Source: an uncultured virus (IMG/VR IMGVR_UViG_3300025769_000086) (taxonomy: Duplodnaviria; Heunggongvirae; Uroviricota; Caudoviricetes). From it: a stretch of DNA of 64,000 nt. Position numbers and translations under genes: made by a program. The notes under the pieces are model-generated. The model was not told the DNA's origin and did not search any database. It saw only the letters and a program-made list of their open reading frames with translations. Position 1 is the first letter of the stretch, and each line of letters opens with the position of its first letter. Location of the stretch: the IMG/VR virus record IMGVR_UViG_3300025769_000086; one strand, written 5' to 3'. Of the stretch, positions 58,163 through 64,000 are shown one piece after another.

Positions 58163-58731
58163 TCAATCACCTCTTTCATTGGTGATGTTAATTCAACCAT
58201 TGCATTCATCGGCACTGCTTTGACATTCAGTAATGTATCACCAGCCCTAGTAGATACAGTATGTTCTAACAAATCGCTAATTGCTTTGTTAACTGCATCT
58301 GCATACTTTGTATCATCAGTCGACCATTTACTTTCGTTAGCAATTTCCGCAGCAGTATCTTCAATAAACTTAGCAACCATTGTACTGTACACTTCAGGAC
58401 TGGCATCTTTAGGCACAAAGTTTCGTACCATCATACTAACCAATCTACCTACTATTTTCTTAGTAGGTAACTTAGCAGTCATACGTTGTGTAACCGCACT
58501 ACAACTTCTATAACCACGACCATTTGTTTTTCCTGTCGTTTTAAGTACATCAGGTTGTATCATTAAAGATGCACCTGTTACCAAATCCTGTATATACAAT
58601 TGAGGGTCAGCATAGTAATCCTCATCTGCATTGTGTCGTTCTTTCTCTTGCTTCGCAATCGGTCCAGCAATGGCTTTCAATACCTTTGCTATACCATCAG
58701 TCCATTCTTGTTTCATTATTTCTTCTTTCAT
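58159..58731 (-). CDS. Hypothetical protein
   Basis: 190-aa coupled ORF. Confidence 0.65.
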   Translation of the reverse strand: MKEEIMKQEWTDGIAKVLKAIAGPIAKQEKERHNADEDYYADPQLYIQDLVTGASLMIQPDVLKTTGKTNGRGYRSCSAVTQRMTAKLPTKKIVGRLVSMMVRNFVPKDASPEVYSTMVAKFIEDTAAEIANESKWSTDDTKYADAVNKAISDLLEHTVSTRAGDTLLNVKAVPMNAMVELTSPMKEVIE

Positions 58732-58934
58732 ATTTTTTCACTCTCTTCTTTTCTCTTATTTTCTTCAATGACTTTTCTTAATAAATCATCTCTCAATTCC
58801 CAAGCAATTTCAGTATGTATATCGGGAAATCCATATGATGGGTCTAAATAAATACCTTTTTTTCTATTTTCTAAAACTTCTCTTAATCTACTTTTCATTA
58901 TTTCTTCTTTCATTTTTTTCACTCTCTTCTTTTC
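58711..58934. repeat. Direct repeat 43/42 bp (58711-58753 and 58893-58934)
   Basis: tttcattatttcttctttcat(a)ttttttcactctcttcttttc, identical except a 1-nt indel. Confidence 0.9.
58728..58913 (-). CDS. Hypothetical protein flanked by the direct repeat
   Basis: Begins MKEEIMK like the downstream gene. Confidence 0.55.
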   Translation of the reverse strand: MKEEIMKSRLREVLENRKKGIYLDPSYGFPDIHTEIAWELRDDLLRKVIEENKRKEESEKI

Positions 58935-59160
58935 CTTTTATAATCGCTTCTTGTAGTTGCGGAAGAAGCATCTCCGCTTGTTCTAGTGTAAGCCTTACAC
59001 CATGTCTTGTATGTTGGGATTCACCAACGGGTCTTTGGACATTCATGATTCTCAAGTCTATCCATTGTTTATTGTAATATTCAATTTGGCTTAGGACAAC
59101 ATGACCTTTACCGTTTTTCCATTTACCTTCAAATGATACATCTCTCCAAATTTCAGTCAT
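58888..59160 (-). CDS. PC4/YdbC-like ssDNA-binding protein
   Basis: VVLSQIEYYNKQWIDLR...TRHGVRLTLEQ. Confidence 0.7.
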   Translation of the reverse strand: MTEIWRDVSFEGKWKNGKGHVVLSQIEYYNKQWIDLRIMNVQRPVGESQHTRHGVRLTLEQAEMLLPQLQEAIIKGKEESEKNERRNNEK

Positions 59161-59865
59161 TCATTCTTCCTCCTCGTTTGGGTCTATAACTTTACAATAA
59201 GTACCGTACAACCAAAGAGGAATCTTCTCTTTAGTAACAGGGTCAACACTACCTATCAGTAAACCTTGTTCACCTGCATCAGCCATTTCCATCATTTCTC
59301 TACGTGTAAGTGCTTGAATGATGTCTCCTTCTCTGTTCATGTACCTCATAAACGCTCTATCATCAGTTAGTAAATGATAATCATCAGGGTCAATCTCTAC
59401 ATGTTCACCAGTATTTGGATTCAATAACCTGTAAGCCCATATCTCTATCTCTTGTGTATCTCCACCTTCTAGTAAAACATCTTCCATTTTTATAAATTCA
59501 GGGAATGTATTGTAGGGATTCATGTCAATTAGTTTTGTACCATCTTTATCAGCCCAACTTTTAGCAATCTGTTTCTTTTCTTCAACTTCCATACGTTGTG
59601 CTTCTTCTAAAGTCGCCGGTGGTTCTTTCCATTCTGTATTCTTTTCATCAAGAGAATACCCTAAATCAAACATAACAGTTCGTATTCCATGCAACGTTTC
59701 AATGCAAGCAGGATGTTGTATTGCTTTCTGTAAAGTCCACTCTTTAGTATCTGTTTTCAAGAAAATTAATCCTGTTCCATCAGGACTCCACACACCACCT
59801 AAAGGGGAATGTGCAAAATGTTCTTTCGCCCAATCAACAACTCTAGGGTCTGTCCAATTACTCAT
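59161..59865 (-). CDS. Hypothetical protein
   Basis: 234-aa ORF, GGAGG RBS. Confidence 0.7.
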   Translation of the reverse strand: MSNWTDPRVVDWAKEHFAHSPLGGVWSPDGTGLIFLKTDTKEWTLQKAIQHPACIETLHGIRTVMFDLGYSLDEKNTEWKEPPATLEEAQRMEVEEKKQIAKSWADKDGTKLIDMNPYNTFPEFIKMEDVLLEGGDTQEIEIWAYRLLNPNTGEHVEIDPDDYHLLTDDRAFMRYMNREGDIIQALTRREMMEMADAGEQGLLIGSVDPVTKEKIPLWLYGTYCKVIDPNEEEE

Positions 59866-60159
59866 CTAGTTCCCCTCCTTCATTTTCATCTTCATATATT
59901 CAGCCCTTTCATTCATTTCAGTAATATACTTTTCATTCATTTCAGTAATATACATATCAATTACACCTGAATTGCTTCTTTCCCATTCTTCCATTTGCTC
60001 ATAATCTATCTCATAAATTTCAGATATTACGTCTTTGTATATTTCACGTATGTCGTTTTTTAAATCTTCTACTTGGTACTCCAAACTTTCTTTTTCTTCT
60101 ATCATATTATTCATAATTAATGTTTTTTCATCTATCAATTTTTTTACTTTTTCGTTCAT
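59866..60159 (-). CDS. Hypothetical coiled-coil protein with 8-aa tandem duplication
   Basis: YITEMNE twice. Confidence 0.6.
   Translation of the reverse strand: MNEKVKKLIDEKTLIMNNMIEEKESLEYQVEDLKNDIREIYKDVISEIYEIDYEQMEEWERSNSGVIDMYITEMNEKYITEMNERAEYMKMKMKEGN
59907..59953. repeat. Tandem repeat, 23 bp identical, 24-bp period
   Basis: tttcattcatttcagtaatatac at 59907 and 59931. Confidence 0.9.
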
Positions 60160-60354
60160 TTAACAAACCTCCTCAAATGGTGGATATTCATTTTTCCACA
60201 AATGCCAATCAACAGATTCATTCAATTTTTCCTTTTTAATAGAATAAGTGTACATATCACCACTAATTAAAGTAATTGATATGTGTACTTCTCCATCTAT
60301 TTGTTCGCTTTCTATATATTTTATTTCTATTTCTTTTTCTTTTATTTTATTCAT
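60160..60354 (-). CDS. Hypothetical protein
   Basis: GAGGT RBS. Confidence 0.55.
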   Translation of the reverse strand: MNKIKEKEIEIKYIESEQIDGEVHISITLISGDMYTYSIKKEKLNESVDWHLWKNEYPPFEEVC

Positions 60355-60402
60355 TTTATTACCTCTTTTGTTCTTCTTCCGAAATCATGTCGCTTTATAT
60401 AC

Positions 60403-60687
60403 CTATTCTTTCTCCTCATGTAAAGTGTATACTTTGCAACCTTTACATGCTGTAATCATGCCGATATCGGTTAACATGATTGCACTTCCTTTCACCAACT
60501 CGTTACAAGTTGGGCATTCTATATCTGATTCTGCCATTGCTAACACACCAAATATTCTTTCTTTTCCTCTAAATTTACCTTTAAATGTACTATTAGGAAT
60601 ATCTATTTTTACTTCATCGTCATAATCTGCTAAACCATCAGAAGCAGTTATGTCATCTACTGTCATTTCATCTTTACCAGCCATCAT
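60403..60687 (-). CDS. Zinc-finger protein
   Basis: CPTC...CKGC; AGGTGA before ATG 60687. Confidence 0.6.
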   Translation of the reverse strand: MMAGKDEMTVDDITASDGLADYDDEVKIDIPNSTFKGKFRGKERIFGVLAMAESDIECPTCNELVKGSAIMLTDIGMITACKGCKVYTLHEEKE

Positions 60688-60953
60688 TTCACCTTTACCC
60701 AAACATCAACATTAGCCTTTCTATTAATACCATATCTTGAACTATGTAATTTTATTGTATCGTCTACTCTAAAACCGCTATGTCTTTTTAATATGTGACT
60801 AATTTTAAATTTATTAATTGAATGATTGCTAAGTCTTAACAACTTCCCACTCTTCAATGTTGCACCTTCAAAAATTTCTAACACTGTACACGGTGTATGT
60901 TTTTCAGCATACTTTATGATTGCTTCTTCAGCCCTAACACAAGTTTTCTTCAT
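60684..60953 (-). CDS. Basic protein, possible winged-helix DNA-binding
   Basis: T..EI....KISHILKRH..F..W pattern. Confidence 0.4.
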   Translation of the reverse strand: MKKTCVRAEEAIIKYAEKHTPCTVLEIFEGATLKSGKLLRLSNHSINKFKISHILKRHSGFRVDDTIKLHSSRYGINRKANVDVWVKVK

Positions 60954-61516
60954 TTTTCTTCCCTCTTTTTATTTTTATTTGTTCTTTTTAGTGGTTTTTG
61001 TTTTTTACCAAGTGCGATATATGCTCTATCTAAGTCTTTTTCTAAAACAGAAATCCTATCATTCAATTTTACAATATAACCCATTATTTTATCTTCTTTG
61101 TTTATTGGATTTACTTTTTCTTTTTCAAACAAAACATCTATTCGTTTTTCGATTATTTCTTTCATTGCTTGATGTTTTTTCATAGTGTATCCTTCCATAT
61201 CTGCATTAGTTATATCAGCAACTATATCATGAAGCATATTGATTCTTTTGTTAGTCTCTATTTGAGAATTTGTAATTTTATCATTAAGTTCTTTTCTAGT
61301 TAATGCTCTACTATTCATTTCAGACAAAACATATTCTCTCATTTCTTCTTGAATTTGAACTTTAGAAAAGGTATTAGTTGACCTTGGTTTATTGCCTGAC
61401 ATTGTTTCATGTTCGTCACAATATATTCTCCAACTTCTAATACTACTTGTTGTAAACGGTTTTCCACATCTACCATCTTCTACGGGATGCATGCAATACT
61501 TTATTGATTTCGTCAT
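60950..61516 (-). CDS. Protein with N-terminal Cys/His finger and coiled coil
   Basis: YCMH..RCGK..YCDEH. Confidence 0.6.
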   Translation of the reverse strand: MTKSIKYCMHPVEDGRCGKPFTTSSIRSWRIYCDEHETMSGNKPRSTNTFSKVQIQEEMREYVLSEMNSRALTRKELNDKITNSQIETNKRINMLHDIVADITNADMEGYTMKKHQAMKEIIEKRIDVLFEKEKVNPINKEDKIMGYIVKLNDRISVLEKDLDRAYIALGKKQKPLKRTNKNKKREEK

Positions 61517-61653
61517 GTTCTATCCCTCAAACGACTATCATCTTCGTGCTGAATCTCTACTGTGTCGTACTCATCTATATCTTCTAGGGGAATCCATGTT
61601 TTCCTTTCACCTGTTACTTTATGTTTCCATTGATGTGTTTGTTTTCGCCTCAT
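61513..61653 (-). CDS. Hypothetical microprotein (46 aa)
   Basis: ATGA-coupled at both ends. Confidence 0.5.
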   Translation of the reverse strand: MRRKQTHQWKHKVTGERKTWIPLEDIDEYDTVEIQHEDDSRLRDRT

Positions 61654-62171
61654 GCAAACCACGCTCCATATCCTATATTGTTTTCACCGAAGTCTAAATT
61701 TTCCATGACGCTCGGAGGCAAACTCTCATACGCAGGTGGTAGTGTTAACACATCTTCCATATCCCACATTTCTGCTAAAGCACCATCATATGCTACACGT
61801 AATAGATGTGGCATTGATTTACCATTTTGAAGTAGAGGCATCACACCTCTATTGATGATATACATTCTAGCAGGTTCAGAATACATTGTGAAATCAAAAG
61901 CAGTCATGAAAGACAATGGTACATTCCATGCTTCTGCTAGTTCTTCACACAACAACAACCGAGTCATGCCATCTTCAATAGATAAGGCTGAATGAACTTC
62001 TAGCCATCCAGTGTGTGTAGTGCCAGTATCTTCTACTTTAGATACAACCTTAGTATACAATCTACGTCTAGCCTCAATATGGTCTGCTACCACAGGTGGT
62101 ATCAAAAACTGCTTACCCAATCTCTCATCAAGTTCACGCAAAGTTCCTTGTATTTGATTAAATAATATCAT
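61650..62171 (-). CDS. Hypothetical protein
   Basis: GAGGTGA RBS; 173 aa. Confidence 0.65.
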   Translation of the reverse strand: MILFNQIQGTLRELDERLGKQFLIPPVVADHIEARRRLYTKVVSKVEDTGTTHTGWLEVHSALSIEDGMTRLLLCEELAEAWNVPLSFMTAFDFTMYSEPARMYIINRGVMPLLQNGKSMPHLLRVAYDGALAEMWDMEDVLTLPPAYESLPPSVMENLDFGENNIGYGAWFA

Positions 62172-62314
62172 ACTGTCACCTCTTTACTACAACAAGTACA
62201 CCTTAATTTACCATCACGGTCAAGCACCAGTTGCATTTCAACAGGACCATCTATATCCCACTTGGTAATGCAATCAGGATTATCTCTTGCGAACCAATCT
62301 AAATCGAAGTTCAT
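62168..62314 (-). CDS. Hypothetical microprotein (48 aa)
   Basis: Bounded by two identical GAGGTGACAGTATGA junctions. Confidence 0.55.
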   Translation of the reverse strand: MNFDLDWFARDNPDCITKWDIDGPVEMQLVLDRDGKLRCTCCSKEVTV

Positions 62315-62574
62315 ACTGTCACCTCCAAATGTGGTAATAACTTTTTCATTTCCGCAGTGAACTCTTCAACATAATCTCCACCCCAATAGTAATCACAATG
62401 TTTCAAAAGTCGTATGGTATCTTTTAGAAGTTTAGGGTTAGCCTTGCCACCCGTATCAACGGAAAATATAAACTCATCGTGTACTATGTTTGCCATTCTC
62501 TTAGGTGTACCATTGTAGGCCGTTAGTTGTAATAACATGAACTTCATTTCTTTTGACAATCTTATCTCGTTCAT
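62311..62574 (-). CDS. Hypothetical protein
   Basis: ATGA-coupled start at 62574 with GGTGA RBS. Confidence 0.6.
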   Translation of the reverse strand: MNEIRLSKEMKFMLLQLTAYNGTPKRMANIVHDEFIFSVDTGGKANPKLLKDTIRLLKHCDYYWGGDYVEEFTAEMKKLLPHLEVTV

Positions 62575-63080
62575 GCTGTCACCCCCATCCACCAATCAGG
62601 CGGGCTTGTGTGTCTGTAATGCACACCACCTTTACTGTGTATTTTGCTGTGATAATAGGCACGATAGGCTTTGACTGCATCATCATCTTTGTACTCATCA
62701 GGCATAGCCTGAGCGAACGGTGTGAGAGTAGCGTCAGGGATTATCTTCTGTATACCTATCATGTGATAGATAGCGTCAGTACATCTATGCATCTTGTTGA
62801 AGCGTTTGTAGTATTCCTCACATAACTGCATAGCATGATGAGCAAGCCACATCCAATTCTCTTGACTATCTCCTGCCCAAACTGTGCATGGGTGATGCTT
62901 GTAGCCACCCTTGTAGGGCGTGCCACTCTTAGTCAGTGGCATCTGCTTATCGGTAGCACCCCATCTGCGTAGGGCTGATGCCATCATCTGTGCTGACTCA
63001 ACAATCATCTTCGGCACTCGCACACAATCTATCGCTTGTGCTGCTTTTACAGGGTCATTATCTAATACAAATATATTCAT
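62571..63080 (-). CDS. Pyrimidine dimer DNA glycosylase family protein (DenV/Pyr_excise-like)
   Basis: MNIFVLD.DP..AA....KMIVESAQM, HHPCTVW, EYYKRF.K.H, FAQAMP, AYRAYY. Confidence 0.8.
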   Translation of the reverse strand: MNIFVLDNDPVKAAQAIDCVRVPKMIVESAQMMASALRRWGATDKQMPLTKSGTPYKGGYKHHPCTVWAGDSQENWMWLAHHAMQLCEEYYKRFNKMHRCTDAIYHMIGIQKIIPDATLTPFAQAMPDEYKDDDAVKAYRAYYHSKIHSKGGVHYRHTSPPDWWMGVTA

Positions 63081-63247
63081 TCTACTACCTCCTTCAAATA
63101 TCCTACAAACAATTGTTTACCTTTGTCAATATCATTGTACTCCATGTGTACTAAGCACATATCTTCATCAGCCCAATTCCATTCCAACAAAGTCCAGCCT
63201 GTATCTTTTCTCCATATACTTCCTAATTTCATTTTCTCATTACTCAT
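63077..63247 (-). CDS. Hypothetical microprotein (56 aa)
   Basis: GAGGTGA RBS; ATGA-coupled. Confidence 0.55.
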   Translation of the reverse strand: MSNEKMKLGSIWRKDTGWTLLEWNWADEDMCLVHMEYNDIDKGKQLFVGYLKEVVE

Positions 63248-63248
63248 T

Positions 63249-63413
63249 CTAAATCACCTCTCTCACACTACACCCATCTCTAGGTGGGCTTCTACGCCGC
63301 CCACCACTCATATGTCCACCGCACTTACTACATCTCCACATTGAACCATCCACATGTCTACCACCTCTTAGGTATCGAATGTTATCACCCCTTCTCCAGT
63401 CACACTTACTCAT
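63249..63413 (-). CDS. Basic Cys/Arg/Gly-rich microprotein (54 aa)
   Basis: WRCSKCG; GAGGTGA RBS. Confidence 0.55.
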   Translation of the reverse strand: MSKCDWRRGDNIRYLRGGRHVDGSMWRCSKCGGHMSGGRRRSPPRDGCSVREVI

Positions 63414-63652
63414 ACTGTCACCTCTTTCATCGCCATCTCATTAATTATTTCATCTCTAATTTTTTCAAAACTTGGTGGGAGAAGGTCTCCAAAATCAGAT
63501 GTAGTCAAATACATAAAATGAACCAATTTTTTTATTTGTTTTTTCGATAAATTATCAACCTCAAAAGCATCTACGCCACTAAATAAACTATCCATTTCAA
63601 TACATCTTCTTATTACCATTTTTAATCTTCTTCGTTCTCTTTGTGTTACCAT
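63410..63652 (-). CDS. Hypothetical protein
   Basis: AGGTGA RBS. Confidence 0.6.
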   Translation of the reverse strand: MVTQRERRRLKMVIRRCIEMDSLFSGVDAFEVDNLSKKQIKKLVHFMYLTTSDFGDLLPPSFEKIRDEIINEMAMKEVTV

Positions 63653-63856
63653 TTATAAATCACCTAATTGTATATTTAATTCCTCAACAACATCAGCCCA
63701 ATTCTCACTTGCCCAACCACATGGTTCTTGTATTCCAAAACTACCTATTGTATCACACGCCGCCATCACATAATATTGTGCCTTTTCACATATTTCTATG
63801 GCTCTTTCTATCGCTTCTGCTTGTCTTACTTTTCTTTTTAATTCTTCACTAATCAT
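63653..63856 (-). CDS. Hypothetical protein
   Basis: GGAGG RBS; TAATG-coupled. Confidence 0.6.
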   Translation of the reverse strand: MISEELKRKVRQAEAIERAIEICEKAQYYVMAACDTIGSFGIQEPCGWASENWADVVEELNIQLGDL

Positions 63857-63999
63857 TACTCTTCCTCCGCAAAAATACCTGTTGCTTTTTCATAAGCAGT
63901 GTAGATGTCGTCATCGGGATAGAGATGTCTATGCGTTTCTTCTAACCACACAAGATATGCAAGGTCTTCTGCATATTTTCTCTCCATTGACTCAAGTAC
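63856..63999 (-). CDS. Hypothetical protein, 5'-truncated by window edge
   Basis: Open frame ending ..GIFAEEE*. Confidence 0.5.
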   Translation of the reverse strand, partial: VLESMERKYAEDLAYLVWLEETHRHLYPDDDIYTAYEKATGIFAEEE

Positions 64000-64000
64000 A

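Larger units (their letters stand above)
62168..63424 (-). repeat. Repeated gene junction GAGGTGACAGTATGA
   Basis: Exact at 62168-62182, 62311-62325, 63410-63424; variant GGGGTGACAGCATGA at 62571-62585. Confidence 0.85.

Noticed and set aside
59907..59953. 24-bp-period repeat as a mini-CRISPR
   Set aside because: Two adjacent copies without a spacer, in frame within a CDS; simple slippage duplication
1..64000. tRNA genes, integrase/att sites, terminase and portal
   Set aside because: None recognised by eye; packaging genes probably lie upstream of the window; tRNAscan-SE would be needed to exclude tRNAs formally

Overview
About 64 kb of an AT-rich tailed dsDNA virus (Caudoviricetes) of archaea. 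The gene set (HK97-type head module, group II chaperonin, archaeal-type replisome, GGTGA ribosome-binding sites) best fits a magrovirus infecting Marine Group II Euryarchaeota (Poseidoniales); this host call is inference from gene content, not a database result. There are two convergent arms. The + strand (1-39877) is virion morphogenesis: prohead protease/scaffold, major capsid, head-tail joining, tail tube, tail chaperones, a very short tape-measure-like protein, a ~5,500-aa giant protein, hub and three fibres. The - strand (39874-64000) is replication and early genes: thermosome, exonuclease, MCM-like helicase, ERCC4 nuclease, PriS-PriL fusion primase, Cas4-like nuclease, PCNA-like clamp, PolB, split ATPase, probable SSB, RFC, degenerate ligase, TFB-like protein, PC4-like protein, DenV-like glycosylase and many microproteins. 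No tRNA, CRISPR array, integrase or reverse transcriptase was seen. Main leads: (1) tail-fibre modules joined by a junction conserved at silent sites (GGAATAGG); (2) a hidden five-micropeptide operon with an operator-like palindrome at the arm junction; (3) miniature TFS-like and TFB-like transcription factors; (4) early genes bounded by repeated RBS/stop-start junctions; (5) a likely G6 -1 frameshift in the tail chaperone; (6) a nested scaffold start; (7) a P-loop ATPase split just after Walker A.
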